Source of the DNA: Alphaproteobacteria bacterium
Lineage (GTDB): Bacteria > Pseudomonadota > Alphaproteobacteria > MPNO01 > UBA830
Assembly: GCA_965243135.1 (NCBI GenBank)
Contig: OZ251539.1
Location: forward strand, 1,472,001-1,536,000
DNA: 64,000 bases
Reading direction: 5' to 3'
The first letter of the stretch is position 1; each line of letters begins with the position of its first letter. The notes beneath the pieces are model-generated. The model had not been told where the DNA came from. It did no database searches and worked only from the letters and a program-made list of their open reading frames with translations. The position numbers and the translations under genes were made by a program. Below are positions 47,822 through 56,932 of the stretch, piece by piece.

Positions 47822-49134
47822 TCCGCCCGCTCCAGCGCGGCGATCATCTCGTCCGGGCTGGCGAACTTGCGCCGGGGGGCGCCGGCAGGCGCCGCTTCGA
47901 CTTCCAGCCTGTCGATCTCCTGCCAATCGGAAAAGGAAACGATCCGGACGCCGCGCGCCGCCAGCCGGGCGTCGACCGCGGCCCGCCCGGGCCGCGCGCC
48001 GTCGGGACATTCGGCGAGGAGGCGGTCGACGACTTCGAGCGAATCGTTCTTGTTGGTGCCGATCGTGCCGGTCGCGCCCCGCTTCAGCCAGCCGACCGCG
48101 TACAGGCGGTCGGAAATCCTGCCGTTCTCGTTCGCGACGATTCCGGCGCGGTCGTCGAAGGGAATTCCTTCGATGGGGAAAGCGTGCGATCCGATGCACG
48201 TGACGACGATCTGGCAAGAGACGTCGAAGGTCTCGCCGGTTCCCGACACGCGGCCGTTTTCGTCGACGGCCGTGCGTTCGAGGCGCACGCCTTCGACTCG
48301 CGAGTCTCCGAGAATTTCCTTCGGCGACGCGCAAAAGGCGAAATGGACCCGCTTTTCCTTGTCGGCCGGGTCGACGTCGAGGAAGGAGCGCAGCGTATCG
48401 ACGTTCCTCTGGCGCAGCCTCAGGTCGCGATCGGACATGTAGGGCGCCGCGACCTCGGCCGGCAGCTGCGCCGGATCGACGACGGGGACGGCGTTCCGAA
48501 GCTCTCCCATCTCTCGCAGCTCCACGTTGGTGAACGCCGCTTGCGCGGCTCCGCGGCGCCCGAACATGTAGATGTTCCTTACGGGCGAGGCGTGAAGCGG
48601 GGCCGCGGCATGATCGACCAGATCGGTGACCGACATTTCCTCCCGCGTTTTCGCGAAAACGCGCGCCACGTCGAGCGCCACGTTGCCGATTCCGACAACG
48701 GCGGCCGCTTCGACGTCCAGATCCGGATCGAGTCCGGCGAAGTCCGGATGTCCGTTGAACCATCCGACGAAGGCGTTGGAGCCGAAGACGTTCGGCAGAT
48801 CCTCGCCCGGGATTCCCAGCCTGTTGTCGCGCGGGGCGCCGCAGGCGAGAACCACGGCGTCGTAGGCGTCGAGGAGCTCGGCGACGGAAACGTCGCGGCC
48901 GACCTCGACGTTGCCGAGGTAGCGGAGGCGCTCGTCCTGCATGGTGCGGTCGTACGCGCGGGAGACGCGCTTGGTCTTCTGGTGGTCCGGCGCGACGCCG
49001 CCCCTGATCAGTCCGTAGGGGCTGGGCAGCCTTTCGATCACGTCCACGGCGCAATCGCGCTCCTTGTCGAGCAGACCCTGCGCGGCGTACATGCCGCCGG
49101 GGCCTGACCCGACGATCGCGACGGTGCGAGTCAT
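47818..49134 (-). CDS. Ferredoxin-NADP+ reductase (adrenodoxin reductase/FprA-like)
   Basis: GSGPGG, PYGLIRGGVAPDH, GIGNVALDVAR, GRRG, GWLKRGATGTIGTN. Confidence 0.92.
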   Translation of the reverse strand: MTRTVAIVGSGPGGMYAAQGLLDKERDCAVDVIERLPSPYGLIRGGVAPDHQKTKRVSRAYDRTMQDERLRYLGNVEVGRDVSVAELLDAYDAVVLACGAPRDNRLGIPGEDLPNVFGSNAFVGWFNGHPDFAGLDPDLDVEAAAVVGIGNVALDVARVFAKTREEMSVTDLVDHAAAPLHASPVRNIYMFGRRGAAQAAFTNVELREMGELRNAVPVVDPAQLPAEVAAPYMSDRDLRLRQRNVDTLRSFLDVDPADKEKRVHFAFCASPKEILGDSRVEGVRLERTAVDENGRVSGTGETFDVSCQIVVTCIGSHAFPIEGIPFDDRAGIVANENGRISDRLYAVGWLKRGATGTIGTNKNDSLEVVDRLLAECPDGARPGRAAVDARLAARGVRIVSFSDWQEIDRLEVEAAPAGAPRRKFASPDEMIAALERAD

Positions 49135-49244
49135 TCGAAGAAACCTCTATTCTGGAAAATCGGACTGCGTTGCGGCGCGCGCCGCATAATACCGGGCCGC
49201 GCGGGGCAGGGAAGGGGCGGCGAGGTTTTCGCGCCGCGCACGCC

Positions 49245-50390
49245 TTACCAGAGCGTTTTCGTCGCGATGCGCGCGCCTTCCGCCATCGCTTCGAATTTCG
49301 CCCAGATCACCGTGGGGTGGACTTCGGTGCGATAACACGCTTGCGAGGAAAAACCGCAGTCTCCGCCGGCAAGGACGTTCTCCCGCCCGACCGCCTTCGC
49401 GAAGCGGACGATGCGTTCGGCGATCAGCTCCGGGTGCTCGACGATATTGCTCGCGTGGGTGACGACGCCGGGAATCAGCGCCCGGCCTTCGGGGAGCCGG
49501 ATGTCCTCCCATATCCGGTACTCGTGCTCGTGACGCGCGTTCGCCGCCTCGAAAGAATAGGCTCCCGCCTTGATTCCGAGCATGTATTTCGCGACGTCCG
49601 CCATGGGCGCTTCGTGGACGCGCGGTCCTTCGTTGATGCCGTAGCAGGTGTGGTAGCGGATTTTCTCCGCGGGGATGTTGCGGACGGCGTGATTGGTCGC
49701 TTCCACGTAGACGCTGGCCATGCGGTCCTTCCCGGCGTCGTCGAGTTTCGGGTCGACCAGGGTGTCGCAGAGGAAGGGATCGTCGATCTGCAACAGCAGG
49801 CCGGCCTCGACGATGGCCTCGTATTCTTCCCGCAGCGCCTCCGCGACGGCTTCCGCGTACTCCTCTTCAGTTCCGTAATATTCGTTGAAACCCACTCCTG
49901 CGGGCGCGACCGCAGGCATGAACGCGCCTTCGCACTCGACCTCGGCGAGCGCCGCCTTGAGATTGTCGATATCCCTGTCGAGCGCCGCCCGCCCCTTGTA
50001 GGCCACCGGGCCCACGCAAGCCATGGGATGCACGGGAACCACCGTGCCGCCCATCATCGCCCGCGCGAAATAGTCTTCGTAATACTCCGGGAAAGCGGCG
50101 ATTTCCGCCGCGAAAAGGTCGTGCTTCCGGTCCGGTCGCGGCTCGAACCCGTCGATCCGCTCCTCGATATAGGAGAAGAAGCCCGGCTTCGACATTTCGC
50201 CGTCGGCGACCACGTCGATGCCGGCCTCCGCCTGCCGCCGGACGACGTCGCGAACGCCGTTTCGGATTTCCTTTCGGTAGGCTTCCTCGTCATGGTCCTC
50301 GCCGCTCAGTTTCGCCTTCATCGCGTCGAGAACCGCCGCCGTGCGGGGCAGGCTGCCTACGTGAGTCGTCAGGATGCGACTTCCTTGCAT
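49245..50390 (-). CDS. Cobalamin-independent methionine synthase II family (single-domain MetE-like) protein
   Basis: TTHVGSLPR, DGEM, HTCYG, FEAAN, DCGF Zn-ligand pattern. Confidence 0.88.
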   Translation of the reverse strand: MQGSRILTTHVGSLPRTAAVLDAMKAKLSGEDHDEEAYRKEIRNGVRDVVRRQAEAGIDVVADGEMSKPGFFSYIEERIDGFEPRPDRKHDLFAAEIAAFPEYYEDYFARAMMGGTVVPVHPMACVGPVAYKGRAALDRDIDNLKAALAEVECEGAFMPAVAPAGVGFNEYYGTEEEYAEAVAEALREEYEAIVEAGLLLQIDDPFLCDTLVDPKLDDAGKDRMASVYVEATNHAVRNIPAEKIRYHTCYGINEGPRVHEAPMADVAKYMLGIKAGAYSFEAANARHEHEYRIWEDIRLPEGRALIPGVVTHASNIVEHPELIAERIVRFAKAVGRENVLAGGDCGFSSQACYRTEVHPTVIWAKFEAMAEGARIATKTLW

Positions 50391-50499
50391 GACACTCTCT
50401 CCTTTCCCAGCTCCAGGCCTGCCTCGGTCGACTTCGGAAGACCTTTGCGCTGCTGGCTTCATTAAAGGCGATGCCTGGCCGAGCGGGCAATCCGGTTCC

Positions 50500-52497
50500 C
50501 TATGGCTGCACGGCAGGGCGGGGCTGGCGCAGCCGTTTCAACCTGAACCTGAAGCTTTTGGCCGGACGCGGCGTCGGCACGTTGGTCATCTTCAACTCGT
50601 AGCCGGGCGGATCCAGTTCGAGCTCGGCAGCATGAAAGACGGTCGCAATGACGAGCAGCGTCTGCGTCTCCGCGAAATTTCCGCCGAGGCAGTGGTGGGT
50701 TCCCACGCCGAAAGGGACGAAGACGTTGGGCTGCCGATGCTCGGCGCGCTCCGGCAGGTAGCGGTCGATGTCGAATCGATCCGGATCGGGAAAGAATTCG
50801 GGCAGGCGGTGCGTTACGGAGGTCGCCACGAACAGCGATTTGCCGGCGGGAACGCGGTAGCCGGCGAAGTCGAAGGAATTCGCCGCCTTGCGAAAAATTA
50901 CCGGCGCCGCCGGGTACATGCGCATGGCCTCCAACACCGCGCGATGCGTCACGTCCAGCCGCCGCAGGCTCTCCGCAGATAACGGTTCGGCGAAGAACCG
51001 GTCCGCTTCCGCAACGATTCGCGCCTTCAGATCCGGATGCTTCAGGATTGCGTACAGCGTGAACGCGCAGGTGTTGGCCACGGTCTCGATGCCGACCAGA
51101 TAGGGGCTCAGCACCATGGCGGTCATGTCCGTTTCGGGCATGAATTGCGGATCGGAGCGGTGCAGGTCGATAATGTCGTTGATCAAGTCGCCGGAATCGT
51201 GATGCGGCCCGCCGGGCATGTGGGACTGCAAGCTCTTGCGCGCCAGTTGTTCAATGCGCTCGCGGGCCTTCTTGAACCTACGGGCGAACGGAAACATCGG
51301 CAGTTGCTTCGCGATCGAGGTGACGAGCACCGTTTCAAGGTAGACAACAAGGTCTTCCAGATACTCGGAGGCCGATTCGCCCCCCAGGATCCGGCCCATC
51401 TGGTCGGCGATGATCCGCTGCATCAAGAACAGCGGCTTGATGCGCCGGCCCTCCGGCTGGGCGGCGACATGTTGTCGGCAGACTTCGCTGGCGAGTTCGA
51501 GATGCGCTTGGAACCGCGCGCCGGAAAACGCCGGAGCCATGGCTCTGCGCATGGCGATATGTTCCTTGCCGTCCATATTCAGTACGAGCCTCGAGGCGCC
51601 GAGGCTTTCGGCCAGGCCCCGCCAAGGGTCGTGGGAACTGAGGAAGAACCGTCCTTTGCGGTGGACGAGCCGATTGGCCTCCGCGCCGGCAAGCACGAGA
51701 ATTCTGCGGCGCAGCAGACGAATTTCGAACACCGGGCCGAGTTCGAGGTATTGCTTTGTCAGAAACTCGCGAACGTCCCTGGCCGCTTCCCGAGCGCTGC
51801 CAAGCAACGGCGCTCCCTTGACGAAAGGTATTTCCCTGGCTGGAGGAGAGGCGGGTGCCGCCTCCTCTCGACCGGAATTGCGCACCGCTCGCGTTACGGC
51901 CTGGCCGATCAAGTCCATGCGCCGCACCTGATCGATCCGCTCCCGCACCTCGCCGCGTTCGGCTTTGCTCAGCATTCGCTCGAATAGGCCGCAGGCGTCT
52001 GCGAGGCAGATGACGACGACTTCCCGCGGTCCCGGCATGTCGCCACCGAACAGCACGCCCATGATGCGAAGCCGTACCTCCTGTTCGGCCCGGCCATCCG
52101 CTGTCGGATACCGTCGCGCCCGCGCTACCTTCGGCGACGGCAGCATGGCGCCCTCCTCGACGGATTGCAGAATGCCGGCTTCGACCAGGCGCGCCAGCGC
52201 CGCAGAGCGAATCCGATCGCCGTCCTCGGCGATGCGACGCACCCAGTACTCGGCCTCGTGCGCTTGTTCGCTTTCCGCCACAGACTTCAGGACAGGATCG
52301 AGAAGGTCGTCTCCCACAGGCGCAGGATCGACCAACACGAGCTGTTCGAGATCGGTGTCGATTCGGTTTTCCAGCGCCAAATCCATGAGAACCGCTCCGG
52401 CGAGGGCATGGCGAAGGTCCGCTTCCGGCAAGAACGCCAGAGCGCCCGCGTCCTCGTTCAGCAGCAGCAGCATGATTTCTTCGGCGAAACGCAGCAC
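50500..52497 (-). CDS. Fusion: GOLPH3/Vps74 (GPP34) domain + cytochrome P450
   Basis: aa 1-205: FAEEIMLLLL...LAGAVLMDLALENRI...GDDLLDPVL...ARLVEAGIL...RYP. aa ~225-665: VGIETV I-helix, EAMR (ExxR), FPDPDRFDIDRY, PFGVGTHHCLG heme Cys. GTG start with SD GAGGA. Confidence 0.88.
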   Translation of the reverse strand: MLRFAEEIMLLLLNEDAGALAFLPEADLRHALAGAVLMDLALENRIDTDLEQLVLVDPAPVGDDLLDPVLKSVAESEQAHEAEYWVRRIAEDGDRIRSAALARLVEAGILQSVEEGAMLPSPKVARARRYPTADGRAEQEVRLRIMGVLFGGDMPGPREVVVICLADACGLFERMLSKAERGEVRERIDQVRRMDLIGQAVTRAVRNSGREEAAPASPPAREIPFVKGAPLLGSAREAARDVREFLTKQYLELGPVFEIRLLRRRILVLAGAEANRLVHRKGRFFLSSHDPWRGLAESLGASRLVLNMDGKEHIAMRRAMAPAFSGARFQAHLELASEVCRQHVAAQPEGRRIKPLFLMQRIIADQMGRILGGESASEYLEDLVVYLETVLVTSIAKQLPMFPFARRFKKARERIEQLARKSLQSHMPGGPHHDSGDLINDIIDLHRSDPQFMPETDMTAMVLSPYLVGIETVANTCAFTLYAILKHPDLKARIVAEADRFFAEPLSAESLRRLDVTHRAVLEAMRMYPAAPVIFRKAANSFDFAGYRVPAGKSLFVATSVTHRLPEFFPDPDRFDIDRYLPERAEHRQPNVFVPFGVGTHHCLGGNFAETQTLLVIATVFHAAELELDPPGYELKMTNVPTPRPAKSFRFRLKRLRQPRPAVQP

Positions 52498-52533
52498 TGT
52501 CCGTTCCTCAGGCGCCGGCGTGGGCTGTCGATT

Positions 52534-53676
52534 TCATGCGCTGGCCCGCGGAGGTTCGTAACCCCATGCGTCGACCGCGAACCCCCAGCGTTCGGTCACC
52601 CGGTCGATGTCCGCCTGACTCATCGTGAAGCGGTTCTTGCGGTAACCCGACAACGTTCGGAGATATAGTTCCACTTGCGGGCGGCAGACGCGCCAGTCCG
52701 GCAGGTCGAGTTCTGCGTACAAGCGCTCCAACTCGCCAAGAGGATCGCGCTCAAGATCCTCGTAGCGCACCTCCGCGAGCCGCCCGCGGAGGACGCCTTC
52801 CCGGTCGCGCAGAAATTTGGTCATCGTCCGCCGGTACGCCTCGACGAGAAACCGTTCCATCTCGCGCCAGTCGTAATGGTCGAGCTGGTACAAGGGAAGC
52901 AAGGTCCGGTAAAGATGCAGCAGCGATGGATAAACGGTGTACGGATTACGAACGATGTGGATGAACTTTCCCTTTGGAAAAAGGCGCAACAGATGGTCGG
53001 CGCGCGCCATGTTCACGGTGTTGCGGAACACCATGGGCTTGCCGTTCGCGAGCAGCGACGCCTTGCGAACGACGCCCAGATACGTGCGCTCCCAATGAGA
53101 CAGTTCCCTCGACGACAGGCCGCCGTCGACCGTGTCGCCCAACAGGACATATTTGTTCAACCATCGCATGGAGTGCTGGGGAAAGGAAAGCTGGTGAATG
53201 AAGGACATGCGCGATTCGTTGGCGACTGCCAGATCTTCCTCCTGGGGGGCGTCCATGGATATTTTCACATTGTCCATCGGCCGCGTTTGTTCCTTTCCTT
53301 CGCCCGCTTTCGCCATGCCTTTTTCGAAGAGTCGCTTCAGCCAGTCATGCCCGATCAGGGCGAACGTCGACGTCACTCCCTGATAGGTGCTGAAGTAGCC
53401 GAAGCGGGCGTCTTGCGTGATCAGATTTTGCAGATGCGTGGTGCCCGAACGCCCGAAACCCAAAATGAACAACGGAGGCGGATCCAAGACGACCTTGTTT
53501 ACCCGCCTGGAATACGCCAAGCTCTCGGCGATGCGCAGCGGCGAAGCCAGCGCCGACATGGCCAGGATGCCCGCGGCTCTGCCCCAGTATGGCCGGGCGA
53601 TCCCGCGGTTCTCTATGATGAGCTGCGCCCATACGGATAACGGTGCGAAACTGCAGGGATGAAAGTCGTTCCTCAT
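52534..53676 (-). CDS. PAPS-dependent sulfotransferase (Stf3-like)
   Basis: PLFILGFGRSGTTHL (5'-PSB), RPMDN..S..APQEE, FIHIVRNPY...S (3'-PB), VRYEDL. Confidence 0.9.
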   Translation of the reverse strand: MRNDFHPCSFAPLSVWAQLIIENRGIARPYWGRAAGILAMSALASPLRIAESLAYSRRVNKVVLDPPPLFILGFGRSGTTHLQNLITQDARFGYFSTYQGVTSTFALIGHDWLKRLFEKGMAKAGEGKEQTRPMDNVKISMDAPQEEDLAVANESRMSFIHQLSFPQHSMRWLNKYVLLGDTVDGGLSSRELSHWERTYLGVVRKASLLANGKPMVFRNTVNMARADHLLRLFPKGKFIHIVRNPYTVYPSLLHLYRTLLPLYQLDHYDWREMERFLVEAYRRTMTKFLRDREGVLRGRLAEVRYEDLERDPLGELERLYAELDLPDWRVCRPQVELYLRTLSGYRKNRFTMSQADIDRVTERWGFAVDAWGYEPPRASA

Positions 53677-54001
53677 TTTCTGCCGATCCGTTGGGAACAG
53701 GAATGGAAGGTATCACGCGCCCGCGACAGACAGCAACTCCCGCCGCCGCCCGTCCCGCTCGGCCGACCCGACAGGCTTCGTCGGGAGCGGGGCAGGGTTT
53801 CCCCGGCCTCGGGACTCTGCGATTTCGTCGTGCGCCCGGTCGTGAGCGTGACTCGGGCTGCGGAAACGAATGTTGCGCGGCGGCGCATTGTCGGGAGAAC
53901 GCTTTCCGTGAACGGAATCGCTCCGACCTCGCGCGTTTGAGCGTTTCCGTCGACGGATGGCGCGGGAGTCTGACGCTGGAAGGCGGAGCGCCGGGGCCGG
54001 A

Positions 54002-55258
54002 ATGAACGCCGGACTGTGGACTCGGACCGCCGGGCGGGCGCTCGGCCTTCCGCCGCTTGCCGGGGACGTTTCCGCCGATATCGTCGTCGTTGGCGGCGGA
54101 TATACCGGTTGTTCGGCAGCCTTGCATCTGGCGGAAGCGGGCGCAGAGGTCCGCCTGCTGGAAGCGAAAACGGTCGGACATGGCGGATCGGGGCGCAACG
54201 TCGGTCTCGTCAACGCGGGACTGTGGGTGTCCCCCGAGGGCGTCGAGAAGAGGTTGGGAATGGCGGCGGCCGGAAAGCTAAACCGGGCGCTGGCCGCGGG
54301 ACCCGACCTCGTGTTCGAACTTATCCGAAGACACGGGATCGCTTGCGAAGCCGTGCGAAACGGCACGCTGCATTGCGCGCACGCACCTTCCGGACTTCGG
54401 ACGCTGAAGGAGCGGCTGCGCCAACTGAGGAAAGACGACGCGCCCGCGGAGCTGCTGACGAAGGAAGAAACGCGAATCCGGACAGGCGCTGCCGGGTTTC
54501 ACGGCGCGTTGCTCGACCGCCGGGCGGGAACCATCCAGCCTCTTGCCTATGTGCGGGGCCTGGCGCGCGCCGCAGTCTCGGCCGGCGCGAAACTGCACGA
54601 AAACACTCCCGTATCGGAGTGCCGCCGCGTCGGCGGCAACTGGCGCGTGCGGACGCAGGGTTGCGCGGTGACCGCCCGAACCCTGATCCGCGCGACCAAC
54701 GCCTATCCGCAACCTATCGCGGGGCTTGCGGCGACCGAATTCATCCCTCTCGACTATTTTCAGTTCGCGACGCCGCCGCTGCGCGAGGAACTATTGGCAT
54801 CCGTACTTCCCGGCGGGGAGGGCTGCTGGGACACGGGACGCGTGATGACGTCTTTTCGCCGCGACGCGGAAGGCCGGCTGATCATCGGCGGGATGGGAAC
54901 AATGGACGGCGTCGGAGGCGCGGCGCACCGCGGATGGGCTCGCTGCAAGCTCGCCCGGTTGTACCCGGCGGCGGCGGGCGTCGCTTTCGACCACGCATGG
55001 TCGGGGCGCATCGCTGTCTCGGGCGATCGCCTGCCTCGCGTCGAGGACATCGGGACGGATGCGATCGCCGTTCACGGCTATTCGGGACGCGGCATTGCGC
55101 CGGGAACGGCGTTCGGCAGGGCTGCGGCCGAGTGGGCGCGCACGGGCGACGAGGATGCGCTTCCTGTCGCGCCGGGGCCTCCGCGACGAGAGGGTTTTCG
55201 GCGGCTCAAGGCGCTCGGCTACGAGACGGCGGCGATCCTGTTTCACTTGGCTCGGTGA
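54002..55258 (+). CDS. FAD-dependent oxidoreductase (DAO/PuuB-like)
   Basis: GGGYTG, GSGRNVG, IQPLAY, GYSGRGIAPG; start could be 53957. Confidence 0.88.
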   Translation: MNAGLWTRTAGRALGLPPLAGDVSADIVVVGGGYTGCSAALHLAEAGAEVRLLEAKTVGHGGSGRNVGLVNAGLWVSPEGVEKRLGMAAAGKLNRALAAGPDLVFELIRRHGIACEAVRNGTLHCAHAPSGLRTLKERLRQLRKDDAPAELLTKEETRIRTGAAGFHGALLDRRAGTIQPLAYVRGLARAAVSAGAKLHENTPVSECRRVGGNWRVRTQGCAVTARTLIRATNAYPQPIAGLAATEFIPLDYFQFATPPLREELLASVLPGGEGCWDTGRVMTSFRRDAEGRLIIGGMGTMDGVGGAAHRGWARCKLARLYPAAAGVAFDHAWSGRIAVSGDRLPRVEDIGTDAIAVHGYSGRGIAPGTAFGRAAAEWARTGDEDALPVAPGPPRREGFRRLKALGYETAAILFHLAR

Positions 55259-55350
55259 AAAGCGGCGGCCGGTCGCGCCGCAGGCGCGCCGGGCGAAGAG
55301 GGCGGCCGGGCGCTCTTCACGAAGCTCGATTCGCGCGGTAATTTCCTTGC

Positions 55351-55851
55351 GTGAACAGCACGTTCTACATGGTCGAGATGGACTACCCGGAACGCTCGGG
55401 TCCGGGCCGCGAAGCGTTCGACGGGTTTTACGAACGCCATATTTCGATGTTGCTCGCCATTCCGGGTTTTTTGACCGCGCAGCGCTTCGAATGCGTGCAC
55501 GCGGCGCGCGCGCCGTTTCTCGCCATCTATCGGCTCGCCGGTCCCGAGGCGATGGGCAGCGCGGCCTACCGTTCGAAGGCCGGCCGAATGTCGGTGCCGG
55601 AACGGTTCCGGGCGCGGATGACCAACTGGGACCGCAATCTGCTTCAGGGACCGATCGACCACCTCGAGGTCCTGGACGGCACGCTGAGCTTCGCGGACCG
55701 TTCCGCGGCCGACGAGCTGCCGGCGGGATTCGCGCATTTGAAGGTCGTCGGCCTCGACCGCACGACGGCCTGGCGCGGCGTTCGCAGAAACGGCCCGGAG
55801 ACGGCCGGGACAAGGACGTTTCGCCCGATTACCCCGCCGTTGGCGCGGTAG
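55351..55851 (+). CDS. Hypothetical protein, EthD-like alpha-beta barrel
   Basis: FDGFYERHISMLLAIPGFLTAQRF...FLAIY pattern; GTG start. Confidence 0.6.
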   Translation: MNSTFYMVEMDYPERSGPGREAFDGFYERHISMLLAIPGFLTAQRFECVHAARAPFLAIYRLAGPEAMGSAAYRSKAGRMSVPERFRARMTNWDRNLLQGPIDHLEVLDGTLSFADRSAADELPAGFAHLKVVGLDRTTAWRGVRRNGPETAGTRTFRPITPPLAR

Positions 55852-55893
55852 GCTTTTCTTCGGCGCGCGGGCCGGCGCGCCTTGTCGGGCGCG

Positions 55894-56928
55894 TCAGGCC
55901 CCGGCGCTCACCGTCCAGGTTCGGCCCTTGCGGAGCATGTCGTTGAGCGTGCCGGTCGCCGCGCTCTTCTCGATTTCGGCGAGTTGTTCGTGCACCGCCT
56001 CGTCGTATGGCTTCGCAGGATCGCAGTAGAGCACCCCGAGGGCCACCGGATATTCCGGCTGTTGCATGTCGGCCAGCATCGTGGCCAGCATCTTGTTGGT
56101 CTGGTCGTGGACGAGGATGTCGTCGGCCGTCGCGCCGTCGTCTCCGATTTTGACGATCTCGATGCCGAACCCGTCGGCGCGGCGGGCGATGCCCCGGTCG
56201 CGCTCCTTCCCGAAAATCAGCGGTTGTCCGTGCTCGACGGAGATCGCGTTGTCGGCTACCGCGGACTTGTCGGTCCAGCTGGCGAAGGCGCCGTCGTTGT
56301 AGACGATGCAATTCTGCACGATTTCGACGAAGGACGCGCCCTTGTGCGCGTGCGCGGCCTTGAGCACGCCCGGCATGTGCTTCTGGTTGGTGTCGAAGGT
56401 GCGCGCCACGAATCGCGCGCCGGCCCCGAGCGCGAAGCTGCAGGCGTTGACCGGCGAATCGACGGACCCCTGCGGCGTCGAAGGCGATCGGGTGCCAAGC
56501 TTGCTGGTCGGCGAGTACTGACCCTTGGTGAGGCCGTAAATCTCGTTGTTGAACAGCAGCATGTTGATGTCGACGTTGCGGCGCAGCGCGTGAAGCGTGT
56601 GATTGCCGCCGATCGACAGCGCGTCGCCGTCGCCCATCACGAGCCATATGTCGAGTTCCGGATTGGCCAGCTTGGCGCCCGTGGCGAACGCCGGAGCGCG
56701 GCCGTGAATGGTGTGGAAGCCGTAAGAGGCCATGTAATAAGGAAATCGGGCGGCGCAGCCGATGCCGGAGAAGAAGACCAGATTCTCCAGCGGAATCTGC
56801 AGCTCCGCAAGCGTCCGGTGAACGCCCTTGACGATGGCGTAATCGCCGCAGCCCGGGCACCAGCGGACTTCCTGATCGGAAGCGTAATCGGCCGGCTTGA
56901 GTCGTTCGGCGGGGGTTTCGACGTTCAT
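55894..56928 (-). CDS. korB: 2-oxoacid:ferredoxin oxidoreductase beta subunit
   Basis: WCPGCGD, SGIGC, HTIHGRA, GDGD...NN TPP motif, YGLTKGQYSPT. Confidence 0.95.
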   Translation of the reverse strand: MNVETPAERLKPADYASDQEVRWCPGCGDYAIVKGVHRTLAELQIPLENLVFFSGIGCAARFPYYMASYGFHTIHGRAPAFATGAKLANPELDIWLVMGDGDALSIGGNHTLHALRRNVDINMLLFNNEIYGLTKGQYSPTSKLGTRSPSTPQGSVDSPVNACSFALGAGARFVARTFDTNQKHMPGVLKAAHAHKGASFVEIVQNCIVYNDGAFASWTDKSAVADNAISVEHGQPLIFGKERDRGIARRADGFGIEIVKIGDDGATADDILVHDQTNKMLATMLADMQQPEYPVALGVLYCDPAKPYDEAVHEQLAEIEKSAATGTLNDMLRKGRTWTVSAGA

Positions 56929-56932
56929 CGGA

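Noticed and set aside
49245-50390. Canonical MetE methionine synthase
   Set aside because: About 380 aa, C-terminal barrel only, with no N-terminal folate-binding half; function left open.
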